A stretch of DNA of 63,993 bases, filler included, from Porpidia crustulata (lineage: Eukaryota), in NCBI GenBank assembly GCA_964255105.1. It is 9 parts of 9 records of this genome, joined end to end, with 100 filler letters (N's around TTAATTAATTAA, not from the genome) between each part and the next. Parts side by side here need not be neighbours in the genome. Positions count along the whole stretch, not along the records: positions 7,175 to 14,237 come from CAXUWE010001402.1; positions 14,338 to 21,397 come from CAXUWE010001403.1; positions 21,498 to 28,549 come from CAXUWE010001404.1; 6 more parts are not named here. The stretch is one strand, 5' to 3'. The translations under genes were made by a program, and so were the position numbers. This document shows, piece after piece, positions 13,556-27,504 of the stretch. The first letter of the stretch is position 1. Every line of letters starts with the position of its first letter. Under the pieces are notes generated by a model. That model saw nothing but the letters and a program-made list of their open reading frames with translations, was not told where the DNA came from and did no database searches.

Positions 13556-14337
13556 ACGGATGACCCGCTAGAGTGATGTGAAGCTGAGTCTGGTTTTTGA
13601 GATGATTGGAGTTGAGGGGTGATGGTGTGGGGGGGGGGTTGATTGAAGGAGTGAATATCGGGTGTGTTCATAAATTTCAAATGAACGCCACCCACCCGCC
13701 TTTTCTCTGTCCCTGATCATTGCCTCTCACCAACGACCACACGCTGCAACTGCGTCCCAAGAACCAGCCCCAGTCTTCAACAGCGTACACGAACATACTT
13801 GACAGCAACATAACCGAGCGTGTACGCCATAGCGATGCGCAACGGATCCACGCAGCAGGGGGCAGCGGCACGGCAACTGTACGGCAAATCAGGCTACTGT
13901 GGTCTGTCCGTCGTAGGGTTTCGGTGGTTAGGGGGTTCTCGGAGAGTTTTGGAGATCGTTGGCGAGTTGGGTTTCCTACAAAAATCCTGCTGTTGAGGAC
14001 GCATTCCGCGAGAAGGGATTGAGATGAGTTCAGGGGTTTCCGGCTTTGTCGGCGTGGCGGATTATTCTTGCGAACAAATAGTCTCGAATTTCCAGTAAGA
14101 CGCCTGAGTATAATGAGTATCCCCCCTAAACGCCTCCCTCAAGTCCCCACCACCACCTATCCCACCCGCACCGCAACCACTTCACCCTCAAACCAAATCA
14201 ACATACCACTCTGATGCAGCGCATGAAACGGCTCCATNNNNNNNNNNNNNNNNNNNNNNNNNNNNNNNNNNNNNNNNNNNNTTAATTAATTAANNNNNNN
14301 NNNNNNNNNNNNNNNNNNNNNNNNNNNNNNNNNNNNN

Positions 14338-14410
14338 GATTTTTGGGAACAAGGGATTTTTGGGAACAAGGGATTTTTGGGAACAAGGGATTTTTGGGAA
14401 CAAGGGATTC
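14338..14410 (+). repeat. 17-bp minisatellite (GATTTTTGGGAACAAGG), about 4 copies, at contig start
   Basis: Four consecutive perfect units visible directly. Confidence 0.9.
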
Positions 14411-15199
14411 TTGGCGAATCGAAAGGTTTAACAATTACAGAGCTCGGGGAGTTATATGCGGTTATGGTGAACCTTCTGTCACCTTATTCTGCGTTATTAA
14501 GCTATTATCTGATTCTGTGTTCCCGTTTGCATTATCATCATCATCAAAATTTGTGCTGCTTTCACTCGTTGGTTGCCGTTCATCTTAGGCTGAATACTAA
14601 ATATAAGTAGACCACTCAACGCCGTCACATAAGCGCCAAGAAAGACCTAAAATCGGGCACCCGTCTTGTCTTCATCCCCGTTGCCGTTTTTGCCGCTCTC
14701 ACCTGGCTACGTTCCCTCGGTTCGAGATTGAATTTCAAGGGTTCCTTGATATCAACCTTGAGACTGATATGGGAATTGTTGGCTGAACATACAAAATTTT
14801 GTTGTTGGACAATCATGTGAACGTTAATTGAAATTAAGAGTAGCCCTATTGCGGGTAGGCATTTACACTAGTAGCGCGCTAACACCAATCTATCAACATA
14901 TTTACCGCTTAAGACTATCACTCATCTATTACAACCTGTCCTTTCTAAACCTTGCGCCATGGCTGCCTACAACTTCTTGCTACCCCGCAGCCTCGCTGAC
15001 ATCAAAAGAACCCTTTCTTCGAGCTGCATTAGTGCACAACGTTCTATTTGCTTCTGTCCGAAACGATTATACTCGGGCAATTACTAAGAGCAGCCTGCAT
15101 GGCGATTTCACACAACAGGTGATGTCGTTCGTTCCCTACTTTGAAAACAGAGCGCATAGCTGATCTGTTTCGTTATTGCAGTGCTCTCATCTCTACTCC

Positions 15200-15990
15200 C
15201 TTCAGGATCCTCGTTTGGCCCAATAGAAAAACTATTCTGCACTCATACCTCATCATTCGAAACCCCTTGATGTCCTTGTCAATAGAAACATGACAGATGC
15301 GAAGGAGAGATGTGCTCTGTTGCAAGACGTCGACAAGCGCACGTTTGTTAGATTCAGTCAATACGCATATACCGAAGACTACATTGCTGCGGATCCAGAC
15401 ATTCTGTTTGATTCCTTCACGGTTACCTTTACGCATCCTGTTCCGAACGAGACTCCTGTAGATATTGATGATGAAGAAGCACTCTCTCCTCCCCCTTCAG
15501 CCCCCGACTACGCGCAGCCGGAGCCAGAGCTAGAGCCAACGCGGGACTGGCCAATGTCAGAGAATGATAAACAGAAATGGCGAAACCTGGAGAAAAATGG
15601 GAGATGAAGTAGAAGACATTGCCCCTGAAGCTGAAGAGCCGGTTGCAGTCACTCCACAGTCAAAGAAGTCCGAACTATGGGACAATTTCAAGAGCAAAGC
15701 ATGTACCACCTCCAACCCTGCTTTTCCACCCTGTGGAAAATGCGAATTATGCGAGAACTACATTGAGGTTTTTCTCTGTCATACCAAGCCTTATGTCTTC
15801 GCCAACCGGTATAATGTTGGCTCTCTAAGAGAGATTTGTCTCCATAAACTTCAACGGACTCTGGCCGAGTTCATTTTGGACGATAAACGAGCCAAGGATA
15901 TTATCGATTTACCGCGGTACAGTTACTCAAAAACTACTGGCTGTCAATAGTCTATTGATGACTTAAGACTACTAGTCGATGGTGCTTTAC
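15200..15990 (+). pseudogene. BTB/POZ-domain protein, disrupted
   Basis: HSKPLDVLVNRNMTDAKERCALLQDVDKRTFVRFSQYAYTEDY and YIEVFLCHTKPYVFANRYNVGSLREICLHKLQRTL lie in different frames (shift near 15590); stops at the 5' end. Confidence 0.7.
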
Positions 15991-15991
15991 G

Positions 15992-17641
15992 TCAAATAGC
16001 CAAAACACTCTTTCCTCCGTCAGAAGTCAATCGGTGTCGAACACGAACTTTGAGATATGAAATGCCTAATTTTCCGAGCCTCCATCTGGTCATCTCATCT
16101 TGATCAGCAACATTCTCAACATCAAGAACGGCCGAAGGGGCAAAAAGCAAGGCCTCTCCTGCATTCAGATTGACGATCTGAACGAACAATTGCTTGAGCA
16201 TATCGCTTTCACCCCTTGTCGATGTATCCATTGAGGCTGCTGCAAGGTGGCTTTTTAAGGCCTTCATCCAAGCCGGAGAAGTGAACCGATGGACTAAGGT
16301 GAATGAACAGACATCGAGGAGCTTCGGAGATATGGTGTGTTCCTGGGTGGCGATGATCACACGACAAGCAAGGTGCCTCTGAAGGCGAACAGTTGTAATC
16401 AACGATTCCGTCAGCTTTTGCGCTGCCGCGGACTCCCTCAAAAACTTAGTCCCGTAATGAACATTAGTGACTAATTTCAGACGCGGATTGGCAACGTCAC
16501 CTACCTTGTGTGCCTCATCAAGTGCAACAACTCGTCCGGTGTCCATCTTCTGCTCCAGAAAAACACCCAAGCAAATATCAAATAACGAACATGCTGAGTC
16601 GGCATCCACAAAAGGACAGCTAAGGTCAACAATAATGAGCTTTCCCGGGGAGGAAGTCCAGTCATTTCCTTTGGTGCTCTGTTTGGTCCTCAACTTTGGG
16701 GCTGCGATAAAGCTTTCGAGCAGATCAAGTCGGAGATTAAGTGGCCCAAGTTGCGCGGGAGTGAGATCTGTTGCCAAAATTCGCCTTTTGAAGTCGTGAT
16801 AATCTATCCCGGGTTTTGGGTTGGGCTCCCGAGCCATTTCTCGCAGTATTTTATATACTACTTGTATGTATAGAGGAACCTGTCCCTCTGTGCTATCAAC
16901 AGCCATAAGTGTCATCAGCCTTTCGATGTTCAGATACCTCTGCTGGAGTAAGAGAGGTTCCACTCTGGGTCCATCTCCTACAAGCCCCGGGATATTTTGA
17001 TAGAGTGACCTCATTCTAGCAAAATTACTGGGCGATACCAACACAGTTACTCTTATTCCGGATGAGCAAAGGTAAGCTGCCTCACAAGCATGACCGCCGA
17101 CAGCCGACGTGAACGAATCATAGTGAAATACAAGTCCCGTGAGCGGATTTGGGAGTTGCGTCGCACACACATTTGGAATTAGACAATTCTCCAACATGCA
17201 CGACAAAGAATGACTTTTGCCACTTCCTTGGGACCCACAGATAAACACTGACCATGGCGCCCCAACATTTAGGAAAATGCGAGGATCTTGCACGGCCTGA
17301 CAGACTGACTCTCCATTGCGCGTTGCCGAGCCAGAGGTCTGTTCGGAGGAAAAGTCTATTCGCCCGGCGAGCAAACCATATTGAGGAAAGGGATCGACCT
17401 GGCCGGGTACTCGTTTTGTGATTTGGTGTTTTACAGACATTGAGAAAAGCGGCGTTGTGCGGATCTCTTTAAGGTCGGAAGTGTCGTGGCTGATATTCTC
17501 TGACGATTTCAAAAGAGCCAAGTGATGCTCAAGGAATGGATCAGAGCCAGGATCATATTCATCCTGACCTAAAGTAAGGTCTTGCAATACGCTTGGGTCG
17601 AATATGTGTGAGGATCTGACAATCCCTGCTGATGAAGACAT
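15992..17641 (-). CDS. HerA/FtsK-like P-loop NTPase (fungal AAA-like family)
   Basis: Walker A ICGSQGSGKSHS, Walker B VVALDEAHK, RLQRH and IIATQE motifs; probable in-frame 60-bp intron at 16445-16504. Confidence 0.82.
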   Translation of the reverse strand: MSSSAGIVRSSHIFDPSVLQDLTLGQDEYDPGSDPFLEHHLALLKSSENISHDTSDLKEIRTTPLFSMSVKHQITKRVPGQVDPFPQYGLLAGRIDFSSEQTSGSATRNGESVCQAVQDPRIFLNVGAPWSVFICGSQGSGKSHSLSCMLENCLIPNVCATQLPNPLTGLVFHYDSFTSAVGGHACEAAYLCSSGIRVTVLVSPSNFARMRSLYQNIPGLVGDGPRVEPLLLQQRYLNIERLMTLMAVDSTEGQVPLYIQVVYKILREMAREPNPKPGIDYHDFKRRILATDLTPAQLGPLNLRLDLLESFIAAPKLRTKQSTKGNDWTSSPGKLIIVDLSCPFVDADSACSLFDICLGVFLEQKMDTGRVVALDEAHKVGDVANPRLKLVTNVHYGTKFLRESAAAQKLTESLITTVRLQRHLACRVIIATQEHTISPKLLDVCSFTLVHRFTSPAWMKALKSHLAAASMDTSTRGESDMLKQLFVQIVNLNAGEALLFAPSAVLDVENVADQDEMTRWRLGKLGISYLKVRVRHRLTSDGGKSVLAI

Positions 17642-18653
17642 GTTGTTATCTGATAGAAAACGTCGGATTAATGTCGAGGCTCGCAGGGGCGTAGGAAGGC
17701 AGATGATTCAAGAGCAATCCAAGTGCAAAGGACCTCAAGGGAGATTGATGCTGAAGTAGTGAGGATTGCCCTTGCAGTAGGAATACGGGCTGTAACGAAA
17801 TCTAAGTCTCAGACAACAAAGCCAGAAGGAGGAAGAAACAAGGTAGGATCTCTTCATAACAAGTTTAATCTTGGCTGTATCTTTGACCTTGCAGGCTTGG
17901 AGTAATAAGGCAGGGCTCTGAATGCTACGAAAGATCGGACATGGTTGAGCAAGCAGTTTAAAAAATGAGCGTTTGCGCCGATGCCGTGTAACCTAGGACC
18001 GCACTATCATATCACAGAGTGGATCTATCACGAAGAAAGCGACGTTGTGGATCAGCGCCAATATCTTTTCATGATGGTCTATGTGAGCACTTGGGCACCC
18101 TTGTTGCGTGGCTTGTCTCCTTCGACGTGTTTTATTGAACAATGCAGCTCTCAAATTTGTTACTGCGTTAACAGAATCTCTCTTCTCAAAATTAACGATC
18201 AGGCGAGAAATGGGGATCGATCGATACGATTCGAGGCGTGGGATTCTTGCGTTGTCTCTTTTCATCTCGAAGCATCGGAACGCAGTCATGGATAAACAGC
18301 CGAACGAATGCAATAAAGCGTCGCGTTTGATGATGCATATCGTTGGAAAGATGCCAGCTGTCCTCACCGAGCCTAACAAAAGCGTTTATGGTTGACAATT
18401 GAACGGTCGCACAAAGTGCCTATCCAATAACAAGGCAAGGTGCCCGCAATGCGTCTCGCATACAGAAACCCACAATTCAGAACGCCTAAAGATTCGTTCA
18501 AAATCTTCAGTCATGTACGCTTGACTCATTGTTATCTGTTCCCACCTCTGAGCTGTGGACATACATGTATTGGGTCAATCCCGAAACCATCCTCAATCTG
18601 CACATGAGATCTATCGAGCGATCCACCTAGTATCAGGAGCCAGTCCCGCAATC

Positions 18654-20974
18654 ATGGAAGGCGATGGCTCGCATTTTGGGCTCGCGAGTCCGGATCTTCT
18701 TGAAAAGATTGACAGGCTTTTTGCATGCAACATTGGAGAGCATGTCGACCTTCCGCAGCTAGTTGTCGTTGGCGATCAGTCAAGTGGCAAAAGCTCTGTT
18801 CTGGAGGCTTTAACAAAACTTCCGTTCCCTCGCGAGAGCGGTCTTTGCACAAGGTTCGCGACACAGATCACATTCCGCCGGGCCCAGGAGACACGGTGTC
18901 TGTGATCCCGGCGCAAAATACGAGTGAGGAACACAAAACAGTCTGTCGCGCTTGGGCCGTGGGCGGTCTTCGATCATTAGATGCTGGTTCGTTTGTCAAC
19001 ATAATGACCCAAGTACGTCCACTTTTCACGATTTCGTTGCGATAGTAACAGGATCAGGTCAACACCGTGATGGGCCTTGTGCCGGACGAGTCCGGGTCGA
19101 AACGCACATTCTCCAACGATGTCCTACGTCTCGAGATCTCTGGCCCTAAGGAAGACCATTTGAGCGTGATCGATGTCCCTGGTATCTTTAAGAGAACCAC
19201 TTCTGGGGTGACGACCAAATCAGACATGGAAATGGTTGAGCGCATGGTTCACAATTACATGAAGAACCCCCGTTCTGTGATGCTAACCGTTGTGCCGGCG
19301 AACGTCGATATCGCAACCCAAGAGATACTTGAGAAGGCGGAAGAAGTTGATCCGGATGGGATGAGAACGTTGGGAGTCTTGACAAAGCCGGATATAGTGG
19401 ACAAAGGCGCGGAAAAGAACGTAATGGATTTAGTTGAAGAGAGAAAGCACCAGCTCAAATTCGGCTGGCATATTCTCCGCAACCCCAGTCAAGCAGAGCT
19501 GAACAAACCTGTCGCTGACCCTTATGCCACTGAAAGAAGCTTCTTCGCAGAGGAATCTCCATGGAACAGCTTGGATAAAGAAAGAGTGGGCATTGACTCG
19601 TTCAGGGACCGCCTGTAAGAGATTCTCGCCAATCATATTCGCCGCGAGTTCCCAAAGGTAACGTCATCGATCAATTTGATGAAGTCGGATAATCATATAC
19701 ACTGTACAGGTGAAATCCGAGATCACCAAGAAGTTAAAGTTATGTCAGCAGAATTTGCAGGCTCTCGGGGTGAAGCGTCAAACATCTGCTGAACAGAGTC
19801 GATATTTAACGGAGATTGCTATGGAATTTCAGAAGCTATCCACAGAAGCGTTGTTGTCCAACTACGGACGTACCGACGTGTTCGACAATAACCCAAAGCT
19901 TCGACTCGCAACCGCTGTGGTCAATCGCAGCAATCTCATGTCAGAAGTCATAGCAACAAAGGGGCATACATTTCATTTCGAGTCCAGCGATGGAAAGAAC
20001 GGTTCTCATGAACATCGTCAAGACTTCCTTGATGAAAGTCTTGAAGCCATGAACATCAGCGCCATAAATCCCGACAATCATGACCCTGAAGGAACAATTG
20101 AGGTCCGGCACGTTCAAGATCATTCAGAGCTTGAAGGTCTGGTGCATGTGCCAAAAACGTTATCCGAACCACAGGGCGGAAGCATTCATGTCTGGCTGAA
20201 AGAGGTTTATCGCGGCGCGCGGGGCTTTGAACTGGGAACTCTCAACTCCTCGCTCCTGGCGGTGACCATGAAGCGCCAGTCGATGAAGTGGAAGAGCCTG
20301 GCACTAGGATATATTGCTGACATCGTGACGATGGCTCACGTTTTCGTCATTGATCTCCTGCGTGCGGTCTGTCCTGTCGAACGAATTCGAATTGGGATAA
20401 TGTCTCTGCTCACGGATCACTTGGTGGAGAAGTACAAGTCGGCCATATCCCACGTTAATTTTCTTTTGGAGATAGAGCTCGAGGGAACTCCGGCGACGCT
20501 TAACCACTACTTCAACGACAATCTAGAAAAGTGGTAAGGAAAGCTCCATTACGTTGGGAAGGATAATCAGCTTACGGGGGATGATAGTCGTCAACGACGG
20601 ATGCACGCCAGGATGGAAAGCAAAAGTTTTTCCGATGATCAGTATGGAGAAGTGGTCAGGCTCAACGACATCGTACAAAATCATCCAATGAGCAACGCTG
20701 ATCACGCCATACAAGATCTCCACGATATCTTACACTCATATTACAAAGTTGCCCGTAAACGATTCGTTGACTCCCTTCGCATGCAAGCGGCTGATTATTA
20801 CTTGACCACTGGACCAAGTACGCCGCTGAATTGTTTTCCCCAGCTTTCGTGGCTGGGATGACACCGATACAGTTGGAAGAAGTGGCTGGAGAGGACTTGA
20901 CGCTGAAGCGAAGGCGTATGCAGCTTAAAAAGGAGAACAAGGATTTGGAGGATGGTAAGAGGATTCTTAGCTAG
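18654..20974 (+). pseudogene. Mx-like dynamin-family GTPase with two frameshifts and a premature stop
   Basis: LPQLVVVGDQSSGKSSVLE, GLCTRFATQI, DVPG and TKPD motifs, stalk region and GED (YYKVARKRFVD). Frameshifts near 18895 and 20830; in-frame TAA at 19616-19618; three introns. Confidence 0.85.
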
Positions 20975-21497
20975 CTCGTATTTGACCAGGTTATGGAGAT
21001 CTTACAGAAACCTCGATCATGTATTCTCTGAGCCTAATGACGTTCTTATTACAACGCGATGGCGACAAAAAGTCGTTTATTCTTATTTGTGGGCCGCTGA
21101 GGAGCGTGACATGGCTCGTTCTTGGATTGAATCTCGGTTATGTACGAGTTGGCTTAAGAATAATTCAGACTGCATCACGTCCCAGCGATAGATCTTTCGG
21201 TATCTGACCCATCTCATTGTAGTCGAAGGGACATTGACCTGGACCTTTCAGGTAAAAGATCCCAAGTCACGTGATAGAATTTTTGCGCCATAAAAGATCG
21301 GGTCTTGACGCGTCAGGTCGTCCATAAACCCTGGTGTTCATGTTGTTGTTGTTATGTCAGGTTTATTGTCCTTATGCAAGCTAGGCTTATGAAAGACNNN
21401 NNNNNNNNNNNNNNNNNNNNNNNNNNNNNNNNNNNNNNNNNTTAATTAATTAANNNNNNNNNNNNNNNNNNNNNNNNNNNNNNNNNNNNNNNNNNNN

Positions 21498-23535
21498 CCG
21501 CGTGCAGCCGGTTGCGCTCCCCGGGGAGCAGGTCGTCGTAGACGGCCTCGGGGGTGATTTGGCGAACGCTGCCTGAGGAGGCGGAGCTAGCGGGGCGGAA
21601 ATTTTCATTTTCGTTTTCGTAGTGAGTTGTTGGGGTCGTGGATGGCGGGTGGAAGAGGTCTCTCATTTTAGGAGGGGGTGCTCGGGCTGGTGGACCCATT
21701 TTGCGCATCGTATTGGTATCATATGTGTGAATATGTTCTTCTGGTGGCTGCTTCCGTTCTGGGGAGTTGTTGCCGTGCTGCATGCCTCCTAGTGGTACAC
21801 GCGCAGGGATTTTCGACGGTGTTCTTCCTCCAGTGGTGGGTATACCTGGTGTTCGTCCTCCAGTAGTTGACGCTACGGAGCTTGCGAATGGGTTTCGTCT
21901 TAAGGTGCCAACTGGCGTGTGAGATCTGGGCGGTGGAAACCCTCGCACCGTGCTGCCAGCTCGCGAGTGAGATGGCTCATGGCCAGATTTCAAAGATACT
22001 TTCGTGGTGACAGATGCTGGACCAGACGGTGTTTTCGATCGGGGTGGAAGGCTCCTTGCTGCTGCTGCTGCAAGTTCATCAAGGTACCGTACCCCATGAA
22101 CGAGAAAAGGTCGACCATATTCATCTTCCCATCGCTCCAGGGTCTTCTTGAGCTCAACTTCGATCTTTGGAAGATCTTTGGAAATTCTCTTTCTCATCTT
22201 TTCCTCTCGCAAAAGCCGAGTTGGATCTCGCTTCTCACCCTTCGCTGGCTTGTTCAAGAGCCGCGAAGCGTCTTGGCTGGAAGCTGCTAGATCTTCACGA
22301 TCCTTGATGAGAGAGCGATGTTTGTCGATAAGAGCTAGCGTAGGTGCTCGCTGTTCCTTCAATGCTTCTAGGCGTGCAATTTCACCCTCATGAGCCGAGA
22401 GCAAAGCATCACTGAAAACATCAGAGAATGCAGGGGTAAACTCAAGCATCTCTTCCTCCGAAAAGTACAGACCGTCCCATAGCTCTTGAAGCTTATACCT
22501 CGCATCTTCAACAAAGAGGTGCAAATTTTGGCGCTTTAGTTCGTTCAACCGATCTAACTCTGCCTCGAATTCGTTAACTGCCCGAAGTCCACAACCCCGA
22601 TTTCCGGCCAGGAACCGTCTTCGATCCGGTTCTTCAACGCCAAGACGATCCCACAAACCTTCGACGGTGGCCTTGAGCTCCTTGAGCTTACGCTCACGGC
22701 TACGCTTCTCTTCAAGCAGCTTGTCTCGTTTGGCCCGCAGCCTAGTAATGTCGTTCTCGTGTAGGCCTAGCTGTTCTGGCGCCTCTCGGTAGTACTTGAC
22801 AATCGAGCTGTCGGTCTGTGCCTGTGGGATCCCCAGTTCTGCCCACAGATTCACGATCTCCTCCCCGAATTGCTTAACCGACGCGACCCGCCGCGTATAC
22901 TCTTCATAGACTCGAGAAAACTCACTATCCACTGCCGTGACGTACGAAGGTGAGAGATCAAAGCTTGGAGACGCATCGCCCGAGGTAAGTGGTAGCTTGA
23001 TTTTGATAAAGGATGGTTCGAGATGGGAAGAGTACGACTCGAGTGCTTGGACAAGTTTTTTGACTTGCTCGAACCGTTCGCGATGAACTTTAGCAACCTC
23101 ATTGTACTTTTCCTTCAGGCTTTTCAAACAGCGCGTGAGAGGCATAGTGATCTTCAAGTCTTTTTCATCCAGTCGGTAGGCGTCTTGTGCCGTGTGACCT
23201 TCCAAACTCGCTTCCATCTGCTTTATGGTCTTGACGATCCGATTTGCTTCTTCGCTGAGCTCACTCTTCTCACTACTCTGTATTAGGTACGCGCAACCAA
23301 ATGCTGTTATGTAAGGAAACTTACGCAGTAACCAGGCGTAATTGGTTGTGTAGTGTCTCTGAGAGCGCCGTAAACAACTGAAATTTATTAGTAGCCTCTT
23401 CCAACTAATGCGGTTTCTGCATACCTCTGATTCTCTTGATTCTCGCTCATGGCTAGATACACCGATGTCGTCAAATAAGCCATGTAATTGGCCTATAATG
23501 GTGGACACCTGGGTTGTAAGGTAGCTGGTATCCAT
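21498..23535 (-). CDS. ASE1: Microtubule-bundling protein Ase1/PRC1/MAP65, 3'-truncated at contig end
   Basis: MDTSYLTTQVSTIIGQLHGLFDDIG; ELDRLNELKRQNL; LQELWDGLYFSEEE; RLLREEKMRKRISKDLPK; two short introns near the 5' end. Confidence 0.92.
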
Positions 23536-24074
23536 GGCAGGCATAATATCCATGAACTTCGAGGTCGGAGTGTTCGAATAAGATGGAAGCCTTCCAGGAC
23601 AGAATGCGCGACAGTAGCCAGCAGTATCACGTATATTTCATGGCCACTTTTCCGGAGCAGAATATGATGATGTCTGACAGCTAATGGAGATATCAAATTC
23701 GCGGTTCAAGTGTAGAGCAAGCGGTACCGAGGCGCCAAATATTGTTTTGCTTGCGGCTGTTGCTACGTGACAACGACACCGCCTTTATTTCTGCCTTCGA
23801 ATTGCAGGGGTCTCGTTATCGATAGCAATTTGAGCGCCGGCAAATTCCTGCAGGCGATGTCCACGTTACGACTCATCACTCTTCAAATCTCCCTCTACTA
23901 CTGTAATGGTCCAGCCTTAGTTATAGTATCCAAGGACTGAACATAGCCAACCGAACATTAAAAGAGAAGTTAAGTCCACGGCGTTCTAGACGATACTTTA
24001 GTCCTTAGCACGCACCTTATCAAGAAAGTAGCTTCCTTCTAAAGTACACAATAGCTCAGTACACAACCGCCATC

Positions 24075-25152
24075 ATGGGTAGCGCCCAGAAAGCATGGGG
24101 TATGATCAAGTACTCTAGGACCTAGAAGTCTGACTAATTACAGAAGAGAAATAGAGCTTGAGAATACCGTCAAACTGGTTGACCCCGACAGAGATGCTCT
24201 GTACGACTACAATGAATCCGAACAGAAAGACCTCATGTCCTCCCGCCCTTGGAAAAAGGACCCAAACCACTTCAAAAACGTCCGGATATCCGCTGTCGCC
24301 CTCCTCAAAATGGTCATGCACGCCCGCTCCGGCGGCTCCATCGAGATCATGGGGCTAATGCAGGGGAAGATCGCTGGAGACACCTTCATAGTCACTGACG
24401 CTTTTCGATTACCAGTTGAAGGCACAGAGACTCGGGTAAACGCTTCAGACGAAGCGAACGAGTACGTAGTCCAGTACCTACAGTCATGCCGTGATAACGG
24501 TAGACTGGAGAATGCAGTCGGCTGGTACCACAGTCACCCCGGCTACGGGTGCTGGCTCTCTGGTATTGATGTTAGTACGCAATCAACGCAGCAATCATTT
24601 CAGGATCCATTCTTGGCAGTCGTCATCGACCCCGACCGTACCATATCTGCGGGAAAGGTGGAGATTGGCGCTTTTCGCACGTACCCAGATGATTATAAAC
24701 CAGCCGCTGGAGCAGGCGGCGACGGCTATCAAACTATCCCACTGTCCAAGATCGAAGATTTTGGTGCGCACGCCAGCCGATATTACTCCCTTGACATCTC
24801 GCACTACAAGTCCACACTTGATACTCACCTCCTGGAACTCTTGTGGAACAAATATTGGATCTCCACGCTCTCGCAATCGCCCCTATTCACAAATCGCGAA
24901 TATGGCAGTAAGCAAATGCTTGATCTAAGTCAGAAGATAAAGAACGCGCAGAAGTCGATTCAGAACAGTTCGAGAGGAGGGCCGATGCATAGAGTGGGTG
25001 CGAAAGATAGCATGTTGGAGAAAGTTGTGAAAGATAGCAATAAAATAGCAGGTGAGGAGATGACGGGATTATTGGCTGGCGAGGTGAAGGCAAAACTATT
25101 TAATGGCGTAGGGGCCAAAGCAAGGGAGGATGCGGGGGGAATGGTGGTGTGA
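24075..25152 (+). CDS. CSN5: COP9 signalosome subunit 5 (JAMM metalloprotease)
   Basis: RISAVALLKMVMHARSGG, LPVEGTETRVNA, GWYHSHPGYGCWLSGID; intron near 24100-24154. Confidence 0.96.
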
Positions 25153-25278
25153 GTAAGTTGAGGTAGATTAGTGTGGATGTTGCTATGAGCTTATGAATAG
25201 ATGGTTATACTACAGTAGATCAAGCGACGCTGATCACAATGGGACTTTTCCCGCCATTCTATATATCCAGCCAGGACC

Positions 25279-27212
<1,934 letters not shown>

Positions 27213-27504
27213 TCAGCATCACGCTAGTACTGGATGTACTCGAAGTAAAGAGTGTATGGCCTCACGAGCGTGTCTTGAGGTCTATTGCTCAAATTGTGAA
27301 GTAGTAAATACTAGGTACCTCACCCGGCGTTTGAGGCGTGCAAGCTGCCGCCTTCCGCATGCTATCTATCTAGTGGCACCCAAATAAATAAAATGTCTAT
27401 TTCTTGCTAGAACAAACAAGGTGTAGTGATACTCCAAAGTTATCAAAGTTCCTTGCTCTAACAGATCAGTAAATCGAGACTTACGCTTCGGAACAAAGTT
27501 TCAA

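Noticed and set aside
13677..14237. ORFs between DGAT1 and the contig end
   Set aside because: No recognisable motifs; a possible minus-strand terminal exon (GDTHYTQASYWKFETICSQE*) is too short to assign
14338..14410. Regular short repeats as a possible CRISPR array
   Set aside because: Head-to-tail units with no spacers, eukaryotic context and no cas genes
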